From IMG/VR virus record IMGVR_UViG_3300032272_000001, positions 103,273 through 167,272 of that record: DNA of 64,000 bases; one strand, written 5' to 3'. The DNA is from a virus. Lineage: Duplodnaviria > Heunggongvirae > Uroviricota > Caudoviricetes. Below the pieces are notes generated by a model that was not told the origin of the DNA, searched no databases, and saw only the letters and a program-made list of their open reading frames with translations. The position numbers and the translations under genes are program-made. Shown here in pieces: positions 51,493 to 61,326 of the stretch. Position 1 is the first letter of the stretch. The number at the start of each line of letters is the position of its first letter.

Positions 51493-54236
51493 TGACAGAC
51501 ACAAAAAAAATATCAGGATTAGTAAAAACACAATTTCCTTCATTTTATAAAGATGAAGGGCAGTTTTTTATTGATTTTGTTTCTGCATATTATGATTGGA
51601 TGGAATCCAAAACATATGCGCGGAAAGAATATATCAAAAAACACAAATCAACATTAGCCATAGTATATGGATCTGCTAATGTTGTTGGTAATAACACATC
51701 ATTTGATACTAATTTTTCTAATGGTGATATGATTGCTATTTCTAGAGATGAAGATGATTATGAAATTTTTACAATCAATACGATTTCAAATTCTTCATTT
51801 TTAGTTTTATCTACAGATAAGTTGCCGTCATTCGCTCATATTAATGCATCTTATGGTAATGTTCATTTAGCAGAAAATCCTGGTTATTATGTCAGAAGAA
51901 CACAAGATGTTGTTGATATAGATGAAACAACAGATGATTTTATTGTATTTTTTAAAGAAACATATTTAAAAAATATACAATTTTCTTCTGTTACAGACAC
52001 ACAAACAATGATTAAAAATTCATTAGATTTGTATCGCTCTAAGGGCACACCAAGATCTGTAGATTTACTATTCAAAGCAACGTTTGGTATACCAGCAGAA
52101 ATATATTATCCTGCAACAGATATATTTACATTATCTTCTGGTGAATGGACAATACCGACATATCTAGAATTATCATTAAATGAAAAATCTATTGAATTTG
52201 TTGGTAAACAAATTAATGGTATAAAATCTGGCGCAACAGCTTTTTGTGACAACATAATCAGAAGAAATGTTAATGGTAAACTATTAGATGTTGCATATAT
52301 ATCAGCAATATCAGGAAATTTTGAAACAGGAGAAAAAATCAATGCCACAGTTGGGGGCATTGATATCGAAACAGCACCATTTATAATTGGTTCATTAAAT
52401 GAATTAACAATTATTGATGGAGGTTCTGGTTTTTCGATTGGTGATTTTGTGTCCGTAACATCAAATAATGGTGTTCAAGGACGTGCGCGTGTAGCAAATA
52501 CAACAAATTCTACTGGCGCTATAGCCACCACGTTGATAGATGGTGGCTATGGATTTTCTGCTGCTGCTAATGTTTATATATCAGAAAGCATTCTACAAAT
52601 CGAAGATCTTCGTGCTAATTCTACCCTTGTCAATACATATTTTAATGAAGAATCTTTTGAAAAAATCTATCAACCAACAGCAAATATAACATACGAATCT
52701 GGCACAGGAACATTCAATACTGGAGATGATATATTCACATACCATGCAAATGGTGATGTGAATGGTATTGGAGCTATTTTATCCATAGTATCTCTCAACT
52801 CAACTTTTGGTGAATTAACAGCAAAAGTTTTATCTGGAAGTATGGATGAAGCTGACATATACACTACAGCAAACGCAATCACAGCAGCAGTTAATACATA
52901 TGCAAATACAACTGCATATGCTAATGTCATTGGTAATTATTCAAATGTAGTATTGCAAATATCAAACATAACAGGAACCTTTACAACTGGAGAATTAATA
53001 ACAACACCATTAGTTGGCAATGGTTCTCTTAGTCGCGTATCAAATACTCTTGGTTCTAATGGAACCATGTTTGTTTCTAATGCTACAGGTGTGTATCATT
53101 ATTCAAATGTCATTACAGGACAAACATCGGGTGCTACAGCTACGATCGATAAGGTAGATCTTCAAATTGGTGTTATTGGTACGAATAATACGTTTCAAAT
53201 ATTAAGTAATAATTATATGTACAGTGAAGAATGGAATGTGAATGGCTCAATAACATTTATTTCTTCTGGATCTGGTTTTAATTTTTCTGTATCAAACAAT
53301 TTTTTATATCCAGAATATATTAATTATGCAACAGATTTATTAACAACAAACGCCACGCATTTTATACCAATAGCTCTTGATGCTGTTGCATATGGGTTGT
53401 CTGGTGATCCGGCTGCAAACCTAACAAGCAATACAATTGAAAATAGCTTAACATCAGTCAATACAGAAATAGGCAAAATACAAACATTAATAAATTTTTC
53501 TCCTGGTAGTAACTACAACAGACTTCCTATTGTTGTAATAAAAGATAATATTACATCGACATATAGAATAGAAGATGAGCAAATATTAGATATTAGCAAC
53601 ACAACATCATCATTTTCTGTTGGTGAACTGATAACACAAGAATCTACTGGATATAGAGGATTTGTCAAAGCAGCAAATAATTCAGAACTAAGAGTACAAA
53701 AAACACATTTCTATACTGATAATAATGTTATTTTAACAGTCAATGCAACAACATTAATTTCTGGTGAAGATACTGGCGCTACGGCAAATGTTGATTTCAT
53801 AACAGCAAATGCATTTTCACCATTTATTGGTAGAGATGCTGTTATCGATTCTGTTGCGAGTATTGTTAATGGTGCCATAACTTTATTGGATGTTACTGAT
53901 TCTGGATTTGGATATTTACATAACGAAACAGTAACTTTCGATAATGACGGATCTGCAATAGCAAATCTATACACACATGGCACAGCTGCTGGTTATTATA
54001 GATCAGAAGATGGATTTGCTTCTAGCAACAAGAAAATACATGACGGGGAATATTGGCAATCTCATTCATATGAAGTTAGGGCTGCTGCAACATTAGATAA
54101 ATACCATGATATGCTTAAACAAGTTGTTCATGTTGCAGGAACCAAAATGTTCGGTAATCTTGTACATACTTCAACAACATCAGTAACTTCAAAATTGACA
54201 CCAAACACCGGAACAAATACTGTTATTTCTACTTGA
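51492..54236 (+). CDS. Large baseplate wedge/fiber protein (gp7-like by synteny)
   Basis: 914 aa, N/S/T-rich. Confidence 0.4.
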   Translation: MTDTKKISGLVKTQFPSFYKDEGQFFIDFVSAYYDWMESKTYARKEYIKKHKSTLAIVYGSANVVGNNTSFDTNFSNGDMIAISRDEDDYEIFTINTISNSSFLVLSTDKLPSFAHINASYGNVHLAENPGYYVRRTQDVVDIDETTDDFIVFFKETYLKNIQFSSVTDTQTMIKNSLDLYRSKGTPRSVDLLFKATFGIPAEIYYPATDIFTLSSGEWTIPTYLELSLNEKSIEFVGKQINGIKSGATAFCDNIIRRNVNGKLLDVAYISAISGNFETGEKINATVGGIDIETAPFIIGSLNELTIIDGGSGFSIGDFVSVTSNNGVQGRARVANTTNSTGAIATTLIDGGYGFSAAANVYISESILQIEDLRANSTLVNTYFNEESFEKIYQPTANITYESGTGTFNTGDDIFTYHANGDVNGIGAILSIVSLNSTFGELTAKVLSGSMDEADIYTTANAITAAVNTYANTTAYANVIGNYSNVVLQISNITGTFTTGELITTPLVGNGSLSRVSNTLGSNGTMFVSNATGVYHYSNVITGQTSGATATIDKVDLQIGVIGTNNTFQILSNNYMYSEEWNVNGSITFISSGSGFNFSVSNNFLYPEYINYATDLLTTNATHFIPIALDAVAYGLSGDPAANLTSNTIENSLTSVNTEIGKIQTLINFSPGSNYNRLPIVVIKDNITSTYRIEDEQILDISNTTSSFSVGELITQESTGYRGFVKAANNSELRVQKTHFYTDNNVILTVNATTLISGEDTGATANVDFITANAFSPFIGRDAVIDSVASIVNGAITLLDVTDSGFGYLHNETVTFDNDGSAIANLYTHGTAAGYYRSEDGFASSNKKIHDGEYWQSHSYEVRAAATLDKYHDMLKQVVHVAGTKMFGNLVHTSTTSVTSKLTPNTGTNTVIST

Positions 54237-54262
54237 TATATGAGGAACATAAGAAAAAATAA

Positions 54263-56305
54263 ATGACAAAAATTGTAACATCTGTATTCAATACACATTT
54301 AATTGATCAGCTACAAGAATCTATTTCAGAAACAGCTAATAGTGTATACTATCTTTATGTTGCTGAACATGTTGAGCGTTCTTCAAATACAATACCTACG
54401 CCGATAGATAAAGTAAGCACTACATATATAGATGCTTATAGAAATATGTTATTTGGTAAAAGAATTGCTGCAAACAATTTTTCTAAAATGGTAAATAAAA
54501 ATATTTGGACATCAGGAGAAACATACGAAATGTATGATGATACATCTGATGATCTTTTAGAAAATGCAAATTTTTATGTTGTGGTAGACGAAACAAGTTT
54601 TCTTCACGTTTATAAATGTTTAGATAATAATATGAATGCTGAATCTACTTCACAACCAACATTTTCCCATATAACTGGGTCTAATTCTTCTTTGTATCAA
54701 ACAGCTGATGGTTATCGTTGGAAATACATGTATTCTTTTTCCGATACTGAAGACGATGCGTTTTCAACACAATCATTTATACCAATAATTGCTAATACTT
54801 CAGTTTCTGATTTCGCAACACAAGGTTCTATTGATATTGTTAAAATAGAAGAAGCTGGTAAAAATTACAATAATTATTTGACTGATACCTTTTCTGGTTC
54901 TGAACTAAGAATTGGTGGTAATTCTATTTTGTACGAAATATCAAACACAATAGCAAGCCCAACAAATGGATATTATACAGACTGTATTTTTTATATAAGT
55001 TCTGGTAACGGAGCAGGTGAATACAAAACAGTTTCTGATTATTTTGTAAATTCAACTGGATCTTATATCACGGTAAATAATTCTTTTACTGTTGCGCCAC
55101 AAAATGGTTCTGTGTATGAAATTAATCCAAAACTTGTTGTTAGTGGTGATAGTACAGAAACAACAGAAGCTGTTGGTCGAGCATTAATAAATAATCTTTC
55201 TACTAACAGTATATACAGAATAGAAATGTTAAATACTGGTGAAAATTATTCTTACCATACAGCAAACATTTCTGCAAACGCAGTTGTTGGCGTCACAACA
55301 ACTGCTTCTGTTCGTCCAATATATTCTCCTTTTGGTGGGCATGGTAGCAATCAAGAAGAAGAACTTGGAGCAAGAAGATTTTGTATTGGTATCAATTTGG
55401 CTAATACCGAAAACGATACAATACCAGCTCTAAATACATATCAAAAAATTGGTATATTAAAAGATCCTAAATTTTCAAATGTTGTTTTTTCTATATTTGA
55501 TGGATTTGGGTCTTTTGCTGATAATGAAATAGTACACAAAATTAATCCAAAAAAGGTTGACAGCAATGCTTCTATCAATGCGACTTCTAATGCTGTGTCT
55601 TCTAACACAGGTGACTATGCAAATCAATTTGGTGTTGGGGATTATGTATATTTAAAATCTTCTAATGGCTCGTCTCATATGATAGCTACAGTAAATACAA
55701 TAACTAATGCTACTCATATGACATTATCATCTAATGGTAAATTTGCATGTACAGAAACATTTGTTTATTTGGCCAATGTGACATCAAACGCTATTGTAAG
55801 TAGTACAACAAACGCTACGCATATGGTGTTTAATAATGTTAGTGGAATATTTGAATATAATGATTCTTATATTGGAATGAATTCTGGAGCAAAAGCGACC
55901 ACAAACACCATAACAAGAAATGATGTCATTAAAGATTTTAACACGTTTGTACAAATGCATAAATACACAGGATCAATGACTTCAGGAACATTTTCATTAG
56001 ATGAAAATGTATTTCAAGGAATTGATCTAGACACATCAACAGCAAACGCTTCTTTACATTCAGCAAATATTTCTGGTGGTGTGGTTACTATATATACTAC
56101 TAATCAGATAGGTTCTTTTGCCACATCATCTACCATGGAAGGTGATACTTCTGGAGCAACAGCAACACTTTCTGAAAAATATGCTCCTGAATTAAATCAT
56201 GGATCTGGAAAAATATTATCAATGGAAAATGTGCAGACTATTACAAGAGCAAACACCACAACGGAATCTTTCAAAATAATTTTTGAATTTGATTTAAATG
56301 AATAG
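54263..56305 (+). CDS. Large structural (baseplate/fiber) protein
   Basis: 680 aa. Confidence 0.4.
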   Translation: MTKIVTSVFNTHLIDQLQESISETANSVYYLYVAEHVERSSNTIPTPIDKVSTTYIDAYRNMLFGKRIAANNFSKMVNKNIWTSGETYEMYDDTSDDLLENANFYVVVDETSFLHVYKCLDNNMNAESTSQPTFSHITGSNSSLYQTADGYRWKYMYSFSDTEDDAFSTQSFIPIIANTSVSDFATQGSIDIVKIEEAGKNYNNYLTDTFSGSELRIGGNSILYEISNTIASPTNGYYTDCIFYISSGNGAGEYKTVSDYFVNSTGSYITVNNSFTVAPQNGSVYEINPKLVVSGDSTETTEAVGRALINNLSTNSIYRIEMLNTGENYSYHTANISANAVVGVTTTASVRPIYSPFGGHGSNQEEELGARRFCIGINLANTENDTIPALNTYQKIGILKDPKFSNVVFSIFDGFGSFADNEIVHKINPKKVDSNASINATSNAVSSNTGDYANQFGVGDYVYLKSSNGSSHMIATVNTITNATHMTLSSNGKFACTETFVYLANVTSNAIVSSTTNATHMVFNNVSGIFEYNDSYIGMNSGAKATTNTITRNDVIKDFNTFVQMHKYTGSMTSGTFSLDENVFQGIDLDTSTANASLHSANISGGVVTIYTTNQIGSFATSSTMEGDTSGATATLSEKYAPELNHGSGKILSMENVQTITRANTTTESFKIIFEFDLNE

Positions 56306-56313
56306 GGATACAA

Positions 56314-59300
56314 ATGCCTGAACAAACTAATCTTAATGTAGCACCATATCATAATGATTATGATCCTGAGAAAGATTATTACAAAATTCTTTTTCAGCCT
56401 GGTGTATCTGTACAGACTCGGGAATTAAATAATCTCCAATCAATTCTTCAAAAACAAGTGGAGAGATTTGGTGATAATATTTTTGTGCGGGGCACAATTC
56501 TTGAAGGTTGTAATTTTATTCATTATAACCCAACACCATATATTAAAATAACTGATGTTCAAGCAGATGGTATATCTGCTGTTGTTCCTAGTTCATACCA
56601 AGATTTACATATTTCATCGTCTTCTAGCGGCCTTAAAGCTATGGTGCATGATTATGTTGATGGATTTGAATCTTCTGATCCAGATCTAAAAACATTATAT
56701 CTTGGTTATATTAATTCTGGAGATAATAATAATACCTTTGTTTTTACTTCTGGCGAAACATTAGATGTATATAGTTATCAAAGACCTATTGATGGTGTTA
56801 CTATCACTAATGGTGGTGTAGGATTTGCTAATTCTGATTCTGTAATTGTATCATCTGCGATTGTTGTTAATGTTGTTTCAGGTACATTTGCAAATGCTGG
56901 ATACATCAATGATGGTGCTTTGGCAAATGTACAGATTGTTGGTATTGATACCACAACACTTGCTTCTTCTGGTCAAGAAATTTGGAGCATTAAGCCTAGA
57001 ACAGAAGACCTTGCAAATTCTTCTGTTACTTCAACTGCATGGACAATAGCAAATAATGCTGCTATAGCAGATTCTGGAGCAACAGCAACAGCAACAGTAG
57101 AAAAAATATTAGGTTCTGGTCTTGAAGCATTGCTTCGTACTAATTCAACTGGCAGAATAACAAGCATAACACCATCAAATGGTGGTGAAGGCTATACTAC
57201 TATACCTCAAATTACAGTACAATCAGCAGATAATTCTTCTGGTATTTCTGCTTTAGATTTAACAGCAAAAAACTTTGCGGCACAGATCATAGTATCTAGT
57301 GTAGCAGAATCTGTTGGTAATGGATATGTTTTTGGTGTCACTGAAGGTGTTATTTATCAAAAGGGCTATATGCTTCGTGTTGATTCACAAAGAATTGTAG
57401 TTGAAAAATATAACCAACTTCCAAATGCAGTATCTGTTGGTTTTGGTACAAGAGAAGAAATAATCAATTCGTCGATAGATACTGATTTGTTGGATAATGC
57501 TACTGGAGAGAAAAATTATTTAGCTCCTGGTGCTGATAGGCTTAAACTAATTCCAGAATTAAAAGTTATTGCTACCGATACTGCTAGTGAAGATAGTGAA
57601 TTTTTCACTCTTGTTGAATTTTCTGAAGGTAGACCATTTCGTCAAAACAAAACAACACAATATAATAAAATCAACGACGAGATGGCAAGACGTACAAAAG
57701 ATGAAAGCGGGAATTATGTAATTGATAAATTCATTTTATCTACTGCAAGCCCAGCTAATACAATGCAAGAAGCAAACGTATTTTCTCTTAAGATAGATCC
57801 TGGTACAGCATATGTTGATGGATATCGAATCAAAACAGATGGCACATATTCAACAGATATTTCAAGAACTACAGAAACAAGAACATCAACACAAAATATA
57901 TCATTAAATTATGGTAATTATGTTGTTGTGAATGAAGTTGGTGGTTTATTTCAATATTCGACTGGTGATGTTATTGATTTATACGACTCTGCTACTGGAT
58001 TTATCTCCAACACAACACATATATCTACAGGAAATATTACTCCGGTTGGTAATATTATTGGTACTGCTAGAATTCGTTCAATGGTTCCTGTAAACAATAT
58101 ATCTCCAGAAAATTCACAGATTGGTGTCGGTGATTCAAAATATAGATTATATTTGTTTGATATTAATATGACCTCTGGTAGAAATTTTTCTGACACTAGA
58201 GGTGTTCATTATTCTGCTGGAACATACGAAGGTATTGCTGATGTTGTTACTGTAACTCAAGGAACTACAAACAACGAAATTGCTGAATTGGCAGACAGAC
58301 AAAAAAGAAATCTTTTGTTTTATTCTGGTGTGCAGTCTATTCATAATGCAAATGCTATATCATACACATACCGCACGATTGATGAAACAACTGCGATGTC
58401 TAATAATGGCATTTTGACAAAATCAATAGCAGCAACACCAAACGAATTCTATGTTACTACTGGTGCATTATCAAATAGTGAATTGATGAAGATTTATGCG
58501 TCTCCAATCGCAGCTGATCTTATTGCTGCTGACAATTTGACAGGAACCGTAAATCTCGGTACAGGATCTAATGTTGTTACTGGCACAGGCACAACATTCC
58601 TTACGGAATTGGTTGCTGGTGACTATGTTTCGATATTCGCTAACTCTACTGGTGGTTCCCAATTAGCACGTATTGATAAGGTTGTTAATTCTACATCTGT
58701 ACAAATAGATTCTGTTGGTGATTATGCCAATAGTGTAGCAACATTTCGAAGAACATTCCCCAAACATGTACCTATTCCATTCGGTATTCGTGATGGATTG
58801 ACTGGCGCTGTTGATGCTAATGGTAATATTTTAACATTAACGATGCAATACGAAAACGCAAACGATTTTAATATTGATTCTGGAACATCTGTCAATACTG
58901 CGCTTGGTGTTAATATCAGTCGCACAGATGCTGATAGAAAAACAAAAACACCTAATCGCACAAGATATGTCAAAATCGACACATCAAACAATGCTGGTGG
59001 TGTTATTGGACCATGGTGTCTTGGTGTTCCTGATGCATTCCGGCTTCGAAATGTATATCAATCAGGAAATTCCACTATAACTACAAGCTCCAATTCTGTA
59101 CTTAATCAGTTCTATATTGATCACAACCAAAACTCTGATTATTATGGATTATCATATCTATATCTAAGACCAAAAAACAATCTTACTGTTAGTTCTGGTA
59201 ATTATTTCTTAGTGGAATTTGATCATTTTACACAATCTGGTACAGGTGGTTTCTTTGATGCTATATCTTATGTTAGTGCCAACACAACACAAAGAATTTT

Positions 59301-60867
59301 AGTTGATAGTCAACCGTTAGAAAATGTCGTATCAACGATACATTCATTTGAAATACCACAAATGGTTGGTGATGATGGTATTAATTATGATTTGATCAAT
59401 CAATTCGATTTCAGACCATATGCAAACAATACAGCAACTCCTAATACTGCACATGGCAACGCTCCTATCAATCCAGGGACAACTATTAGCTTTGGCAATA
59501 CAGCCGATCCGGCAAATGATAAGAAATTCCCATTACCAGACTCTATAATGTCTACAACAATTTCGCAATTTCTTGCTCGTATTGACAGTGTGTTTTTGGA
59601 TCGTTTAGGAACATTTAATATTGTTACTGGTAAAACTGGTTCTAATACATTAAATACATCACCACCAGATGTACCTGAAGGGGTGTTAAAATTATTTGAT
59701 GTATATATTCCACCATATCCAAATACACCAATTTCGAAATCAGCACAATTTAAAGAGATTATCAATACAAAAGTTGCTAATATACGTTATTTGTATAATA
59801 GATTTGCTGAACGTACAATTGAACGTGTTAAATCATATAATACATCAACACAATATACACAACCAACAAGATTTACACAAGCAGATATTGGTAAATTGGA
59901 AAAAAGAATTTCTGATCTTGAATTTTATATGGGTCTTTCCTTACTAGAAACAGATGTTAAAGATCGTATAATCCCATCATCAAATGATCCAAATCTTAAT
60001 AGATTTAAATTTGGTTTCTTTGTTGATGATTTCAGCAACTATGATCGTCTAGATACAGCAAATCCAAGATTTAGTGCTATGATCGAACAAGACGATTTAA
60101 TCCCAGAAAAAATGCAATGGATATCTTATTTTGACGAATCTACAAATTCTCGTGGAGAATATATCGATGAAGTTTTGATTGCTCAATTGAATTCATCAGA
60201 TCCTGTTGATGCTATAGAACCAGCATGTTTGCCAAACACTCAAATAGCAAACACATTTGCTTATAGAACCAAATTTAATGCAACACAAGTAGGAAACACA
60301 GTTTCTTCGTTTGTTGATAATTTGTCTCTTACTTTTGCTGCTGGTGCTCAAGAAGTAAGTCCTGGCAATGTTCAGTTCGTAAATTCTTCGGCAACAGTAT
60401 TTTATTATAACTACGATAAAAACACAAAAATTGAAGTATATCAAGGAACTACTCTTTTAGCATCTACTGCTAATGGTGTTGTAATGACTTCGGCTGAAAA
60501 AACTCTATTAACTTCAGATGAAGCAGCACAATGGTTTAATGATGATTTCTCTACGTTTGGTATAGATACTACGATCAATACTGATTACGCAACACACATG
60601 GGGAAAATAGAATTCACACATAATCCAAATCTTGGTCGGAACTATACCATCAGAACATATAAAGGTGATGGTTCATGGCGTTGGAGATATGCTATAAGAT
60701 ACCCAATCGATAGATCTACTGTTGGTTGCCCACCACCACCTCCTGGTGCTCCTGGTGCTCCTGGTGCTCCTGGTGTCCCAGCAAGACAACCAGCACCAGC
60801 ACCAGCAACTAATTGGCAATGGGATCAAGATCAAGGAGATTCTGGAGATGCTGGTGCAGAACCATAG
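56314..60867 (+). CDS. Giant structural fiber-like protein (1517 aa) with a collagen-like Pro-rich C-terminus
   Basis: C-term GCPPPPPGAPGAPGAPGVPARQPAPAPA; N/T/S-rich. Confidence 0.45.
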   Translation: MPEQTNLNVAPYHNDYDPEKDYYKILFQPGVSVQTRELNNLQSILQKQVERFGDNIFVRGTILEGCNFIHYNPTPYIKITDVQADGISAVVPSSYQDLHISSSSSGLKAMVHDYVDGFESSDPDLKTLYLGYINSGDNNNTFVFTSGETLDVYSYQRPIDGVTITNGGVGFANSDSVIVSSAIVVNVVSGTFANAGYINDGALANVQIVGIDTTTLASSGQEIWSIKPRTEDLANSSVTSTAWTIANNAAIADSGATATATVEKILGSGLEALLRTNSTGRITSITPSNGGEGYTTIPQITVQSADNSSGISALDLTAKNFAAQIIVSSVAESVGNGYVFGVTEGVIYQKGYMLRVDSQRIVVEKYNQLPNAVSVGFGTREEIINSSIDTDLLDNATGEKNYLAPGADRLKLIPELKVIATDTASEDSEFFTLVEFSEGRPFRQNKTTQYNKINDEMARRTKDESGNYVIDKFILSTASPANTMQEANVFSLKIDPGTAYVDGYRIKTDGTYSTDISRTTETRTSTQNISLNYGNYVVVNEVGGLFQYSTGDVIDLYDSATGFISNTTHISTGNITPVGNIIGTARIRSMVPVNNISPENSQIGVGDSKYRLYLFDINMTSGRNFSDTRGVHYSAGTYEGIADVVTVTQGTTNNEIAELADRQKRNLLFYSGVQSIHNANAISYTYRTIDETTAMSNNGILTKSIAATPNEFYVTTGALSNSELMKIYASPIAADLIAADNLTGTVNLGTGSNVVTGTGTTFLTELVAGDYVSIFANSTGGSQLARIDKVVNSTSVQIDSVGDYANSVATFRRTFPKHVPIPFGIRDGLTGAVDANGNILTLTMQYENANDFNIDSGTSVNTALGVNISRTDADRKTKTPNRTRYVKIDTSNNAGGVIGPWCLGVPDAFRLRNVYQSGNSTITTSSNSVLNQFYIDHNQNSDYYGLSYLYLRPKNNLTVSSGNYFLVEFDHFTQSGTGGFFDAISYVSANTTQRILVDSQPLENVVSTIHSFEIPQMVGDDGINYDLINQFDFRPYANNTATPNTAHGNAPINPGTTISFGNTADPANDKKFPLPDSIMSTTISQFLARIDSVFLDRLGTFNIVTGKTGSNTLNTSPPDVPEGVLKLFDVYIPPYPNTPISKSAQFKEIINTKVANIRYLYNRFAERTIERVKSYNTSTQYTQPTRFTQADIGKLEKRISDLEFYMGLSLLETDVKDRIIPSSNDPNLNRFKFGFFVDDFSNYDRLDTANPRFSAMIEQDDLIPEKMQWISYFDESTNSRGEYIDEVLIAQLNSSDPVDAIEPACLPNTQIANTFAYRTKFNATQVGNTVSSFVDNLSLTFAAGAQEVSPGNVQFVNSSATVFYYNYDKNTKIEVYQGTTLLASTANGVVMTSAEKTLLTSDEAAQWFNDDFSTFGIDTTINTDYATHMGKIEFTHNPNLGRNYTIRTYKGDGSWRWRYAIRYPIDRSTVGCPPPPPGAPGAPGAPGVPARQPAPAPATNWQWDQDQGDSGDAGAEP

Positions 60868-60878
60868 GAGATAAATAA

Positions 60879-61316
60879 ATGACTAGTCTATCAAACAATG
60901 CATTAAATATCGTAAGAACACAAAATCATTTTTATGAATTTAATGTTGCTGGTCTTACGCCAAACACAAAACACACAATAATGATTGATGAGGTTGACCA
61001 TTCATGGGCAACCAAACAATTCGGGAAAGATTTTGGTGCGGATATGATTTCGGATAATGATGGTAAAATGAAAATAGGTATTCTGTTCGAATTACCATTT
61101 CCAAGAGATCAAAATTTTGAATTGCCAAGAACAAACACGCTACAATTTCAAAACGAACAACTTTCAAGCGGAACAAGACAGGATTTGAATATAGTATCAA
61201 ATATTCGCGTACTAGAACTCAAAACAGCAGATGGTAGTGTAAAGGCACAATTTATGTTGAATTTACCAACTATCTTATCTGCTGGCACTGTCTCCACACT
61301 TTTCCCAATAGAATAG
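60879..61316 (+). CDS. structural protein
   Basis: 145 aa. Confidence 0.4.
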   Translation: MTSLSNNALNIVRTQNHFYEFNVAGLTPNTKHTIMIDEVDHSWATKQFGKDFGADMISDNDGKMKIGILFELPFPRDQNFELPRTNTLQFQNEQLSSGTRQDLNIVSNIRVLELKTADGSVKAQFMLNLPTILSAGTVSTLFPIE

Positions 61317-61326
61317 AAAGAAACAA

